A stretch of DNA of 63,910 nucleotides, filler included, from Octopus bimaculoides (Eukaryota), in assembly GCF_001194135.2 (NCBI RefSeq). It is 4 parts of 4 records of this genome, joined end to end, with 100 filler letters (N's around TTAATTAATTAA, not from the genome) between each part and the next. Parts side by side here need not be neighbours in the genome. Positions count along the whole stretch, not along the records: positions 1 to 20,042 come from NC_068982.1; 3 more parts are not named here. One strand, 5' to 3'. Below are positions 1 to 12,641 of the stretch, piece by piece. The translations under genes and the position numbers were made by a program. The notes beneath the pieces are model-generated. The model saw nothing but the letters and a program-made list of their open reading frames with translations. It had not been told where the DNA came from and ran no database searches. Position 1 is the first letter of the stretch, and the number at the start of each line of letters is the position of its first letter.

Positions 1-324
1 GAGCGTGGCCGTTGCCAGTACCGCCTGACTGGCTCCTGTAGGATTTTCGAGCAAGATCGTTGCCAGTGCCCCTGGACTGGCTTGTGCGGGTGGCACATAA
101 AAGACACCATTTCGAGCGTGGCCGTTTTCGTGCGGGTGACACGTAAAAGCACCCACTACACTCTCTGAGTGGTTGGCGTTAGGAAGGGCATCCAGCTGTA
201 GAAACTCTGCCAAATCAGACTGGAGCCTGGTGTTGCCATCCGGTTTCACCAGTCCTCAGTCAAATCGTCCAACCCATGCTAGCATGGAAAGCGGACGTTA
301 AACGATGATGATGATGATGATGAT
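1..324 (+). mobile_element. RTE LINE 3'UTR end
   Basis: Family 3'UTR (...GGAAGGGCATCCAGCTGTAGAAACTCTGCC...CATGCTAGCATGGAAAGCGGACGTTAAAC) plus (GAT)n. Other copies at ~2717-2920(-), 4560-4840(-), 18220-18440(-), 23225-23420(-), 29090-29255(+), 32580-32930(+), 39440-39572(+), 39578-39900(-), 40533-40940(-), 49609-50075(-), 61302-61516(-). Confidence 0.85.
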
Positions 325-1114
325 GTAGTCCTAACTGCCCTTCCATACATATCATTTTTATTAAAAGAATAGATGAAAGCTAAGTTTGACAAGAAAGAGA
401 GAATGTTCCTCTGCATGAGACTGCTCTTTGTTCTATGATACAGACTTCCTGTTTTACAGTGAGCTAAATTAAAATCTTCCATCAAAATTTCAGGTTGATT
501 TTTATTCTAATCGCATAACTTTGTTACGACAGTTATAGTAAATTCTTCGTTATTTTAAAAATCATTTTGAAACTATAAAATAATTTTCAAATTATTTTAT
601 ATTTCTAACTGAAATATGATAACAAAATGGGTTAATCTTCAGACATCCACCTTTGACCTTAATTTGTTTTATCTGGCATTTTAGTTTTTGCATCCTATTT
701 TTAGGGATGGAGGCATATCTTAGCATTTGAGGAATGATGTATCTTTTAAGTTTTATCTTTTCTTCTACTTGCTGCATAGTTTTTCATAGTGTATTCTTTT
801 CTGATTTTTTTTTTTTCATTTAATGTTTTTTTAAGGATTGTAAAAGTTTACTTCAGGAGATAATTTGATAAATTTAAGTTTTATTTTAAATTATTCTGTT
901 GATATTAGACATAAGTGCCAATTTTAGACTGAAAAGATATATGGGTTTACTGATGGAATTCAAACCATGCAGACCTGTTTTGGGGGTTATTTTTTTTTTT
1001 ATGTTTGTATGAGTCTTAAATATCTGCTTATAATACAGTTCTATATTTAAGAGATGAGGAATTATGTACATTATTTATAATTGACGGATATTTGTCCTCA
1101 TCTTGTTTGTTGTT

Positions 1115-1157
1115 AACACGTTTCGGCTGATATACCCTCCAGCCTTCATCAGGTGTC
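1115..1157 (-). ncRNA. Degenerate hammerhead motif on the opposite arm
   Basis: GACAC-CUGAUGA-A-GGCUG...CAGCC-GAAAC is intact, but a 3-nt deletion after GAAAC (GAAACGUGUU vs GAAACGUUGUGUU) removes the NUH site. Confidence 0.55.
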
Positions 1158-1503
1158 TTAGGGAAATTTCGAACCTGGGTTCTCATTCCTAAGGTATTTT
1201 TCAATGTTGTTGTTGCTGTTGTTGTTGTTGTTGTTTTATTATTATTATTATTATCATTATTATTATTATTCAGGTCACTGCCTGGAATCAAACTCGGAAT
1301 ATTATGGTTAGTAGCCCACGCTCTTAACCACTACGCCATATGCCCATGGGCATACAGTGTAGTGGTTAAAAGCGTGGGCTACTAACCCCAAGATTCCGAG
1401 TTTGATTCCAGGCAGTGACCTGAATAATAATAATAATAATAATAATAACAGCAACATCGAAAAATACCTTCGGAATGAGAACCCAGGTTCGAAATTTCCC
1501 TAA

Positions 1504-1549
1504 GACACCTGATGAAGGCTGGAGTGTATATCAGCTGAAACGTTGTGTT
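1504..1549 (+). ncRNA. Minimal type I hammerhead ribozyme motif (Penelope-type)
   Basis: Helix I GACAC/GUGUU. Core CUGAUGA (1509-1515) plus an extra A. Helix II GGCUG/CAGCU with 10-nt loop. GAAAC (1537-1541). Loopless palindromic helix III AC/GU. GUU cleavage triplet (1542-1544). Confidence 0.7.
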
Positions 1550-1883
1550 AACAACAAACAAGATGAGGACAAATATCCATCAATTGTAAATAATGTATCC
1601 GCTTATAATGTTTGATATTATTTACACTAATTTACAATTTTATACTTTTGTTGTACTTTTGTTTAAAGGATATGAATTAAAATGAATTTAAAGCAAATTT
1701 TATTGAATAAAAATCTGTTTTCAGTTGTGGATATTTTAACATATGATATGATATTTTGATATGATATGATATGATATTTTAACAATTTCTATATAAATAT
1801 TGAAGAATCTTCATATATTGCATAAAACAAGAAAATTAGAAATAAAGCAAAAATGATTTGATTTTCTATTTTTCTGTTTTCAG

Positions 1884-2051
1884 GGATCAAAGATTTACGG
1901 CAAAAAATTTCTGAAATATATTCCAATCCTTGGATGGATATGGTATTTCACAGAAAGTATATTTCTAGAGAGAAATTGGGACCAAGACCAGAAAACTTTA
2001 GTTCATGACATTCAAGAAATTGCTAGTTTCCCACAAGATGTTTGTATTACC
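1884..2051 (+). CDS. AGPAT3/4: AGPAT3/4-type lysophosphatidic acid acyltransferase, internal exon A (first exon in window)
   Basis: Polypyrimidine+CAG acceptor (1881-1883) and GTAAG donor (2052). 168 nt, phase 0-0, translating GSKIYGKKFLKYIPILGWIWYFTESIFLERNWDQDQKTLVHDIQEIASFPQDVCIT, which matches the AGPAT3/4 'K.EL.YVP.IGW.WYF.E.VF..R.W..D' block. Confidence 0.93.
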
Positions 2052-3180
2052 GTAAGTTGATTTTTCTGAGTTTTTGCATCTCAATTTGCCTATGTTATTC
2101 CTGGAAAGATACAAAGCAAAGTGTGTGTGTGTGTTATGTGTGTGCATGTCTATGCGTGCATGTTTTCATTCTTCATTGAGTGTGCTACTGGTAACTTTTG
2201 TCCAATGAGTCCATCTAGGGCAAGCCAGCCAAAGACTCCTCTGAGAGGAAATTGGACCCAGTAGGGTGTACTAATGAATCATTTTACAATTATGCAGTTC
2301 CTTACCTCTTTCAGAAATGAACTGTAGTAACTTTATATGTACAGTCTCTATTTATAACTTACATAAGCTGAACTGTGAAAATTTTCATCATTAAAATAGT
2401 GAAATAACAAATGTGTCACTGTACACGCGCTTAGCCAGCCACACTTAAATCCAGCCAGTCACAAAAGTTTTACATTGTTAATATATGACCTTTTATATGG
2501 ATTTGTGTGTATTTGACAACTTGTTGATATGGTTATGTGTTTGTGTGTGTATTTTCCAACCCACTTATAAAGTTGTATGTTCACTTGTTACTGTAGTTGT
2601 ATGCAGACACTGTTAATTGCATATTTTTAAATCTTTCTATATGCCAACTTGGGCATATGGAATTTTAACGATATCTTTTGAATATTATTGGAATGTTTTA
2701 TTAACTGAGTAGTTTCATCATCATTATCATTTAATGTCAATCTTCCATGCTGGCATGGGTTGGATGGGTTGACAGGAACTGGTATGAGAGAGGACTGTGC
2801 CAATCTTCACTGTCTACTTCAGCATGGATTTTATGGCTGGATACCCTTCCTAACCTTTCTAGCACCAACCACTTTACAGAATGGACTGGGTGCTTTTATG
2901 TGGCACCAGAACCAGTTAATATTAACTTTATGTATAATTTTTATTCAGACATCAGTGCAAGCATGACTGTGTAGACAAGAAGTTTGCTTTGTAACCACAG
3001 AATTTCAGGTTCAGTCCCACTGCACGGCAGCTTAAGCAAGTGTCTCTTTCTGCAGCCCTGTGCTTCTCAATACCATGTGAAGAAATTTTGTAGACAGAAA
3101 CTGTAGGAAGTCTGTCGTATATGTGTGCATATATATATGTGCGTGTGTGTATGTGTGCGCATGCATGTGTATATGTATGT

Positions 3181-3211
<31 letters not shown>

Positions 3212-3259
3212 CATACATACATACATACATACATACATACATACNNNNNNNNNNTATGT

Positions 3260-3290
<31 letters not shown>

Positions 3291-3334
3291 CATACATACA
3301 TACATACATACATACATACATACATACATACATA

Positions 3335-4011
3335 CAGGGTCCGCCGTAAGTAACTATATATTTTCTTTTGCTTGTAATTTTGTTGAATTTTTTTATTTAT
3401 TCAATTTTTTTATTTCATATGTCATTTGAAAGCTGAAATCTTATATTTTTATTTCTTTTCTTCCCCCTATTTCAGATATACTGTTATATCAATTATGTCC
3501 ACCCTATTAACAAAAGAGCAAAAGATTGCGGTTTTGAAATGGTTCTGCACAAAATTATCTGGCTATGCTACAGAAGCTGCTTTTGCCGTTATTACAACAG
3601 CAGGATAGAGCAGAAGATCTGTACTTTCAGCAGGACGGAGCACCAGCCCATTATGCTACGCTTGTGCGAGACTGGCTGGACGCCAACCTGCCCTGTTGAT
3701 GTCTCATTCACCGGATTTGACCCCTCCCGACTTTTTCCTCTGGGGCATTCTCAAAGAGAAAGTCTACTCAACAAAGCCCCGCAACATTGCTGAACTTAAG
3801 GAACAAATTCGAACTGCCAGAAAACTTTGTGCAGAACCATTTCAAAACTGCAATCTTTTGTTAATCAGGGGGACATATTTGATGTAACAGTATATCTGAA
3901 ATAGGGGAAAAAAAAAAGAAATAAAAATATAAGACAAATGAAGAAGAAAAATTGAATAAGTATCAACATAGTTACAAGCAAAAGAAAATATATAGTTACT
4001 TATGGCGGACC

Positions 4012-4014
<3 letters not shown>
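3335..4014 (+). mobile_element. Internally deleted Tc1/mariner element with long TIRs
   Basis: TA|CAGGGTCCGCC(G/A)TAAGTAACTATATATTTTCTTTTGCTTGTAA TIR at both ends, with imperfect inverted similarity extending ~130-150 bp. Remnants MSTLLTKEQKIAVLKWF, FQQDGAPAHY and SPDLTPPDFFLWGILKEKVY. Sits within TA-rich microsatellites. Confidence 0.9.
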
Positions 4015-4052
<38 letters not shown>

Positions 4053-4107
4053 CATACATACAGACATATACATACATATATACATATACATACATATATA
4101 CATACAT

Positions 4108-4158
<51 letters not shown>

Positions 4159-4838
4159 TACATTATCGACTGCACATACTCAGTGCATGTGTTTTGTTTG
4201 TTCACTGATTCACTGCAGTATAGCACCTGAAGGACAACTCTCTCATTGCACTGGGTGTTATAACACCTGAAAGTCATAGACAGGTGTGACAACTCACCTC
4301 TAATACTATCCAGATATGATGGATACTGATATTTCACTATTTTTGTGGCTTATCAATATCATGTACCTGAATTGAACTAGGGTTGAACCGAATTGCCAAT
4401 TTATGACCATATATAAATAGTGTAAAAAGTATTGCTGGTATGCCATGATAATGCATACATAAGATTAAATTCAACAACGAATTTAAAGCAGCTTTAATGA
4501 TGTAAACATTATTGAATATCTGTATATATATATATATAATCATCAGAGCGGTTTGACTGAAAAATGGTAAGCTGGGGAGTTGCACCAGGTTCTAATCTGA
4601 TTTGACAAGGTTTCTATGGCTGGATGCCCTTCCTAACATCAACCACTCCAAGAGTGTAGTGAGTGCTTTTTATGTGCTATCAGCATAGATGCCAGTTATG
4701 AAACACTGGCATCAGCACAGCTATCATCTCACTTGGCTTGACAGGTCTTCTCAAACATGGTATATTGCCAAAAATCTCCTCACTTGTCTTCCTCCATGAT
4801 GGCCAAAGTTTAAAGAGTGCTTTTTACGTGCCACTGGC

Positions 4839-4873
<35 letters not shown>

Positions 4874-6966
4874 TACACATAAATATGTGTATGTATATAT
4901 GAATGTGCAAGTATGCTTATATTCTATGTTGTTATCACTTGGTAGTAGCAGTGCTGATATCAGCATTCCTTACTGGCATTGTAAATGGTTGCTCTCTTTT
5001 GGAAAGCCAGTAGAATAAAAAAAATCCCTTTCTTGCAAAGCAGGTAGGAGTTAGCAATAGAAAGAACATAAAATTCTGCTTCAAATAACTCTTAATCCAT
5101 CCCATTCCTCTGCTAGCATGGAAAGACAGACTTTAAACAAATGAAAATTAGCTAATTTGTTTCACTAATTGAGTTGACCTAAATAAGCTCAAATAAATAT
5201 TTCAAATGTTTCTATTGTTGCTGCAAAACATGTTTGTTGTAAACAAATGTATAAGATAGCAGAATTTGTTATTTAGCTACAGCAATAACTTTATGTGACT
5301 TCATAGTCAAGTTTTTCATTAATTGCCCTGTGATGACATAGATCTAAAGGACTTGTGTTTTTTTATGGTATCAGTCAAGAAGAAAGTAATATACTCATTT
5401 CCTTCTCAATCTCTTCAAGGTTATTTAGGTTGATGTAATTAATGTTCTGCTTGAACTGCTGCAAGTTAATGACTCTAAGGGAAAAAATTTGTGCAGGAAG
5501 GGGAATTTCAGAGAGTGGATATCTAGGGAGGAAGGATTGGGATAGTGCTGAGCCTGGGCGGAGAGACAAGGGATGACATTGTTTATATTTGTCTTATTAA
5601 TGGTTAGGATATTTTGATAATAGCTAGACTACAGATAACACTTTCTTGAGTTCAAACCTTATTGATGTCATTACATCCTGGATGACATACTGTATTTGGT
5701 GGCAGAAAAGACACATGGGCATATTAAACACACACCCAGTTTCAGCAGGGCTTATTCAGGAAAGAAAAGTTTTAGTGCAGTGAAGCTTATGGGAGGCCCA
5801 ACTTCACATATAGGACCTGCTGTAATTCTTTTGAGACTTTTTTTGGAGTAAAAAGTGTGTCATATATGCCATCAAATATGGTACACTTTTCCCTTTTATT
5901 TCATAATTACAAAAATCCAAATTTGCAAAATTATTCTGATTATGTTACTATGGAAATGTGTATAAAATAATGAAAGACAAACCAAACTATACCATTATAA
6001 TTATTGTCACAGTTGTCTTTATGTATTGTTACATTTGAGTAGATACTTTCCTTCTTCTTGTGGTTAAATGCCACTTCTAACACCCAATACTGGGCCTGAT
6101 GTAGTTATTGTAATATCAACTAGAGAAGTTGTCTTTTTGAACTTGGTCCTTCTCAGGCCATACAATTCTAGAATATTTCTCTACTGAGTGGCTGATGACC
6201 TACAAACTTAGAATGAAATAAATACATTATGATGGTTCAGAAGATGAGGAGAAATAGGGATTAAGGTAAAGAAGAATGAGGTGTGTGTGTTTGTGATTGA
6301 AAACAAAATATACAAAAAGGAAGCAACCTATGATGTAGAGTAGAACGAAGTGGTGGTTGGGGTGAGGTAAATACTATGTGATTTGATGTAAGGTAGACAG
6401 GATTGTAAAATACTGTTGCTACAATTATGTCCCTAAAACTTTGGTAATTCAAATGACTTGTGTGGATTCTGTTTCATGTGGATTATTATCTGTAACAAGA
6501 TTTGTGAGAATTGTAACTATCAACGAAGAACACAAAAAATGAGATTAGAATAAAGTGTTTGATATTTATAATAGATTTAATTTTAGAGTTGTAAAAGTTA
6601 AAAATATCAGCTGAGCCATTGGAAGATAAAACTGGCTTACTCTTCTTTTTTTTATTTCTTATATAAGTTTATCAATTTGTATTGCAAGATCCTTGGTGTG
6701 AAATCATGTGTTGAAACAGATGTTGTTGTATTTTGGGATGATCATTTTTTTTTTTTTTTTGTCAAATAAACACACACACTATATATTTGTTCTTCACTCG
6801 TCTATTACTGTTCTTATTTTAACTCATGTCCATTGTCTGGAAATCTTTCGTCATACATCTGTGACCCCTTCAGCACCACTTTTCATTTTCGTGTGTGCTC
6901 TTGTTCCACTTACTCCATTCTGCTCTTCTATGATGTTTATCTTTATCTGCACATGCGTTTGCATCT

Positions 6967-6998
<32 letters not shown>

Positions 6999-7566
6999 CA
7001 TTGTTCTTAGCAGCAGTATGGCCTTCCCCTCAGTTCCATCCTCTCACCCCGTTATCGCTACTGCTGTCCTGGGACCCAAACGTTCGGTACAGTTCCTGTA
7101 TCTCTCTGTGTTTGTGTGTTCGCCCACAGTGTTGCCATCATAGTAGTTGTTGTTGTTATTGCCATCATTGTCACCTCCGCTGTTGCTGTTGTTGTTAGTC
7201 ATGTTGTTGATATTGTTTGTGTGTGTATATGGGTTCGCTTTTTATGTTTGTATCCATGCACTTTATATAGATTTTTTTTTATCTCTTATATTTATCACAG
7301 GTATGTGACAAATATTTTTTATTTTTGTCTTTTTTTTATTTATCTATCTCTATTTCTTATATATATCACAGGTAATGCATATATGTCTATTATGTGTATA
7401 TTACCCTGTTTGTATCTGTGTTTTATTATTATTTTTTCTCTCTCTTTTCTCCTCCCTTCTGTCTATAGTGATGTGGTGTGGTATGGTGGGTGTGGTGTGG
7501 TATGGTGGGTGTGGTGTGGTGGTGGGTGTGGTGTGGTGGTGGGTGTATGTATATGTATATGCATAT

Positions 7567-8116
7567 GTTGTTGTTGCTGGCACTCCGTCGCTTACGACGT
7601 CGAGGGTTCCAGTTGATCCGATCAACAGAACAGCCTGCTCGTGAAATTAACATGCAAGTGGCTGAGCACTCCACAGACACGTGTACTCTTAACGTAGTTC
7701 TCGGGGATATTCAGTGTGACACAGTGTGACAAGGCTGACCCTTTGAATTACAGGCACAACAGAAACAGGAAGTAAGAGTGAGAGAAAGTTGTGGTGAAAG
7801 AGTACGGCAGGGTTCGCCACCATCCCCTGCTGGAGCCTCGTGGAGCNNNNNNNNNNTAGTTCTCGGGGATATTCAGTGTGACACAGTGTGACAAGGCTGA
7901 CCCTTTGAATTACAGGCACAACAGAAACAGGAAGTAAGAGTGAGAGAAAGTTGTGGTGAAAGAGTACGGCAGGGTTCGCCACCATCCCCTGCTGGAGCCT
8001 CGTGGAGCTTTAGGTGTTTTCGCTCAATAAACACTCACAACACCCGGTTTGGGAATCGAAACTGCAATCCTATGACCACGAGTCCGCTGCCCTAACCACT
8101 GAGCCATTGCGCCTCC
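7567..8116 (-). mobile_element. tRNA-derived SINE (GGAGGCGCAATGG family); internal duplication around the N gap is an assembly overlap
   Basis: tRNA head at the right end and a CAA tail. Near-identical to 13196-13580. Confidence 0.88.
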
Positions 8117-8759
8117 ACTTATATATGCATAAATAATGTAATATTACACAGGGAGAGGAGGAGAGATAAAAAGAGTGTAGGAGAGGCATCTGGGAATCCA
8201 GTCACTATTCCTGCAAACACTGTCTAACCAGATGGTAGGAAATAAATTATCTCCAATAGAAACACTAGTTTCACACAATGAAAATCCAGAATGTTACCTT
8301 TAGTTACAGTATAAATAAGTTTTGACTAGATGACTGTTAGTCATTCATCATATAAAACTTCTATAATCAATATGACAGTATCATTATGGTCTTTCATGTT
8401 TCCATGGATGTTTATTTGTTATATTTGCCACTCATATATTACTGAAATCCATTCTCTCGCTCTCTATCTCTCTCTCTCTCTCTCTCTCCCCTCTCTCCCC
8501 CCTCCCCCTCTCTCTGCTTAGGGGAGGAGGGTGTAGGCAACCTCCTCCTCAGACTGATGGAATCAGTGCAGTTAATGTTTAGTTTGCAATCTTACCTATG
8601 TGTATAGGTTTAAAATAACATGGATTTGTAAAGTTAATATGAATGTGCTGATAACCTATCTTGATAAATTACTTTTTGCACTAGCTAAAATATTTCCTGA
8701 TAAAACTGTTTAATTTATTATTAGTTTCATGAGCTTCTTTGTCTTGTTCCTCTCCATAG

Positions 8760-8913
8760 ATACTGCTGTTTTGTGAAGGTACTCGATTCACTGAGGAGAA
8801 ACACAGGATCAGTATGGAAGTTGCTGAGAAAAAGGGTTTCCCCCATCTAAAGCACCACTTATTGCCCCGTACAAAAGGATTTGTGCTATCTCTTCAGGCA
8901 ATGAAGGGCAAAA
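8760..8913 (+). CDS. AGPAT3/4: AGPAT3/4 exon B (EGTR motif)
   Basis: TAG acceptor, GTAAG donor, 154 nt phase 0-1. ILLFCEGTRFTEEKHRISMEVAEKKGFPHLKHHLLPRTKGFVLSLQAMKGK contains the acyltransferase FxEGTR and LLPRTKGF motifs. Confidence 0.95.
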
Positions 8914-9025
8914 GTAAGTCTTTGTAGGGTACAATACTGTATAAAACTTAATTTAGACATCAATGCTTTTGACCATTTGATGATAATTATGATTAAATTG
9001 TAGTGTCCCCTTAATGCAACATATC

Positions 9026-9230
9026 TCTTTTACTCTTTTGCTTGTTTCAGTCATTTGACTGTGGCCATGCTGGAGCACCGCCTTTAGTCGAGCAAATCGA
9101 CCCCAGGACTTATTCTTTGTAAGCCTAGTACTTATTCTATCGGTCTCTTTTGCCGAACCGCTTAGTTACGGGGACGTAAACACACCAGCATTGGTTGTCA
9201 AGCGATGTTGGGGGGACAAGCACAGACACA

Positions 9231-9280
<50 letters not shown>

Positions 9281-9433
9281 CATATATACGACGGGCTTCT
9301 TTCAGTTTCCGTCTACCAAATCCACTCCGAGGCTATAGCAGAAGACACTTGCCCAAGGTGCCACGCAGTGGGACTGAACCCGGAACCATGTGGTTGGTAA
9401 GCAAGCTACTTACCACGCAGCCACTCCTGCGCC
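9026..9433 (-). mobile_element. tRNA-derived SINE with CORE-like CCTTGGGCAAGT and an internal (TA)/(TG) microsatellite
   Basis: Head GGCGCAGGAGTGGCTGCGTGGTAAG...GGTTCAGTCCC. Related copies at ~2957-3120(+), 27525-27690(-) and 40125-40440(-). Confidence 0.8.
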
Positions 9434-11596
9434 ATATGTTTATTATATTTCAACACATGAACCATAAACCATGACTTTGCACCTCAACCATGCAATTTAT
9501 GCATCAATAATGATTTGGGGGGGGGGGGGGNNNNNNNNNNNNNNNNNNNNNNNNNNNNNNNNNNNNNNNNNNNNNNNNNNNNNNNNNNNNNNNNNNNNNN
9601 NNNNTTTTTTTTTTTTTAATAACTTCATTAATCTGAATGATGTGTGACAGACACACACATTAGTAGCCATAGATAACCATAGACATATTCTGTTGCTGGA
9701 GATTTGCAAGAATTAAAATCATCACCACCTTTTGGATGCAGTGCAAAAGATAAAACAGGTAGAATTAAAAGAAATAGGTATTAGTTGAATGACTTTATCT
9801 GTTAATGCTAAGTGACTGATGAATTAACGAGTGAAGATAATTCATCAGTCAATTTAAATAATAGAACATTATATAGTGTGTTTGTTAAAGAAGATGGAAT
9901 AACAACACTCTAGTGTAACTAATTATGCAGTTACCGTGCAAGTGAAAGGTACATGATTTAATCTTGTCAGCTCCTTTTTCTTTTACATCTAAATTTAGTT
10001 CTTTATAATGTCTAATGTCTTGGTAGGGGGCTCTAAAAGAGGTCTCAGGGAGTAGCGTCCCTGCCTTCCACCACATTTCTTAAAGATCGTGGTAGAGGCC
10101 TTGGTCTTGGGACCATTCATGTCTAGAAACTGAGGTTGGGCGTAAGCAAGGGCATGCTCTCTGTAGAAAATCCAGCTCCAAGAAAACCTCATAATAGCAA
10201 TAGAGATGGCAAGATGGTGTGAGAGCAGTTGCTATGGTATTGAGGAAGATCCGGCCACCCCCTGTTGACAGAGACAAAACCTGGATTTAAAACACTGGAT
10301 GATGATGATGATGATGATGATGATAATGTCTGATGTCATATCATGTGATCATATGATTGACCAGACTATCAGATGTTATTATACATTGCTGATCACAATA
10401 TGCTTTGCATTGTTTTAGCTTTCAAATGATCCCACTGGCTAGGCAAGCACTCACTCACCTATGCCCTTGCTCAATGGGGCTGGGGTCATAGTGGTCCCAG
10501 AAGCATCATGGTGCATAGAGCCAACCAGGTCCACCAGTGTCCCCCCTCAATAGTGGTCCTGTGCCAGCCCCTTTGCATCCTCTAAGATGATGTCAAGTCT
10601 TTGAGTTTTGTTGGTCGGAGGTATGCAGGGGTTCATTCTGATGTTGGACCATCTGGTTTCTTCTGGTTGGTGTTGAAACAGGTTGACGGTTCTTCTGGGC
10701 GGGTTGTTAGCCCTCCACAGAATAGTCGGATGATGGGGCTACCATCTTGGTGATGAGCCGATGCGCTGTGGGTTACTGTTAGCCTGGAACTTCACTGTGA
10801 GACTGGCCTGCCTAGGGTGGACCTACCTGGAGTAAAGCTCCAAACAGATCTGCAGAACATGCAAACCTTCTCACCATGACAAGGCCAGACCCAGGAGAGG
10901 GCTAAGCAAGCAGGCCATGTCTAATGTCATATGCTATATAGAGATCCAATTTTTTAGCACGACATCTTAACCCTTTTGATACTAAACTACCTGAGACTGC
11001 CCCTAGTCTGATGATACACATTTTTTTTTTAAAGTAATTTAAATTAAAACCTTTCATGTTAATTTATTATCCAAACAATTAAGTTAACAATACAGTTATT
11101 TTACTAAATTCTTTGTTTCAAAATTATTTGAAACAAAGGCAGTGTATTTCATCAGAAATATGGTAACAAAAGGGTCAAAGCATTAATTAAGAAAAATATT
11201 TGCATTAGTAATTTTGTATGTCATTAAGAGTTGAATTAAATGTCAGGTAATGGAATTATGATTCATCAATTCTTCTTGTTTGTAGTTCAGCACAACAATA
11301 ACTTTAGCCAATTGTACAAGCAAATGGTGGTTTGTCAGTAACGGTAAAGTATTGGACTGAATGCTTGTGACATTTGTTAATCTTTCATTATGTTCTGGTT
11401 TCAAGTCCTGGCATGCCAATATCCAATTTACCTTGTAATCATCACCTTCAGGTCAATAAAATAAGTAACAGTCATACACTGGATTTCAATACAATCAAAT
11501 ATGTTTTGCTCTCTCTTTTTACAATTTGTGGCTTTGTACTAATATTAGAAATCAACTTATTGTCAAGAGATAAAATTTTCCTTTTCCTATTCTTAG

Positions 11597-11702
11597 TCCC
11601 GGCTATATATGACTGTACAGTCGCATTTCGTAAGGATGGTGCTGAACCAACTCTGAGAAATATTTTACATGGACGCATGTGTCGAGCTGAAATGTATGTA
11701 AG
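11597..11702 (+). CDS. AGPAT3/4: AGPAT3/4 exon C
   Basis: TTCTTAG acceptor, GTATG donor, 106 nt phase 1-2. (I)PAIYDCTVAFRKDGAEPTLRNILHGRMCRAEMYV(R), in frame with both neighbours. Confidence 0.93.
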
Positions 11703-11789
11703 GTATGTATGCACTGTGTTCTCTTCAATAAATCGATCAATCAATCAATCATCGTTGTCATCATTGTCATCATCATTGGAAAATTTGTC

Positions 11790-12440
11790 CTGCTGCATTT
11801 CTTTTGACTCTTTACATTCTGAGTTCAAATTGTATTGGGGTTAACTTTGCCTTTCATCATTTTAGGGTTGATAAAATGAAGTAACTGTGAAGTACTGAAG
11901 TTGATTAATCAACTAACCACCTTCTCTCATAATTGCTGGCCTTGTACCTAAATTAGAAACAGTCATTATTATCATTATTTAAGGCAACGAGCTGGGAGAA
12001 TTGTTAACACACAGGGCAAGATGCTTAGCTGCATTCCATCCGTCTTTATGTTCTGATTTCAAATTCTGCCTAAGTTGACTTTGCCTTTCATCCATTTGGA
12101 GTTGATAAAATAAGTACCTGTTGAGTACTGGGGTTGATGTAATCAATTTACCCCCTCCCCCAAAATTTCAGGCCTTGTGCCTTTAGTAGAAAGGATCATT
12201 ATTATCATCATTATTTTAAAAAATGAGGGCGGTGAGCTGGCAGAATCATTATCATGCTGGATGAAATACTTAGCGGTATTTTGCCTGTCGCTACATTCTG
12301 TGTTCAAATTCCGCCAAGGTCAACTTTGCCTTCCATCCTTTTGGGATCGGTAAAATAAGTACCAGTGAAACACTGAGGTTGATGTAATCAACTAGTCCCC
12401 TCTCCCAAAATTTCAGGCCTTGTGCCTATAGTAGAAAAGA
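11790..12440 (+). mobile_element. Three consecutive Meta-domain-type SINE copies
   Basis: Each has GAGTTCAAATT...GACTTTGCCTTTCATCC...GATAAAATAAGTACC and an ATT tail. Further copies at ~14631-14825(+), 15262-15501(-), 21070-21270(+), 23670-23830(+), 55712-55915(+), 58360-58700(+) and 58740-58900(-). Confidence 0.8.
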
Positions 12441-12641
12441 TTATTATTATTATTCCAGCAAAATAAATGGGATTCATTATAGGCTGCCATAAATGATGTA
12501 TTAGTGAAATTGATGAATTTATAACAAAGAGTGGATTGAGATATTTGAACATGTGGGTTTTCTGAATAGAGATACAAAAGATTTTAATAATGATTTTATA
12601 TTAAACTTTCTCAACCATCAAAATGTCTCTTTTGTCTTCAG

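Larger units (their letters stand above)
1035..1595. mobile_element. Palindromic tRNA-head / Penelope-like-tail retroelement, copy 1
   Basis: Arms 1035-1346 and 1347-1595 are reverse complements around TATGCCCA|TGGGCATA. Each arm = tRNA-like head (A box TGGCGTAGTGG, B box GTTTGATTCC) + (AAT)n + tail with CTGATGA...GAAAC. Flanked by TATCTGCTTATAAT (1021-1034) / TATCCGCTTATAAT (1596-1609). Confidence 0.88.

Noticed and set aside
1347-1420. Functional tRNA gene (apparent ACT anticodon)
   Set aside because: Acceptor stem does not pair, B box is decayed and it is embedded in a mobile element; a SINE head. The same applies to 42081-42156.
7695-8006. Perfect ~150-bp direct repeat either side of a 10-N gap (similar at 3195-3334 and 51806-51843)
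   Set aside because: Unmerged contig overlap.
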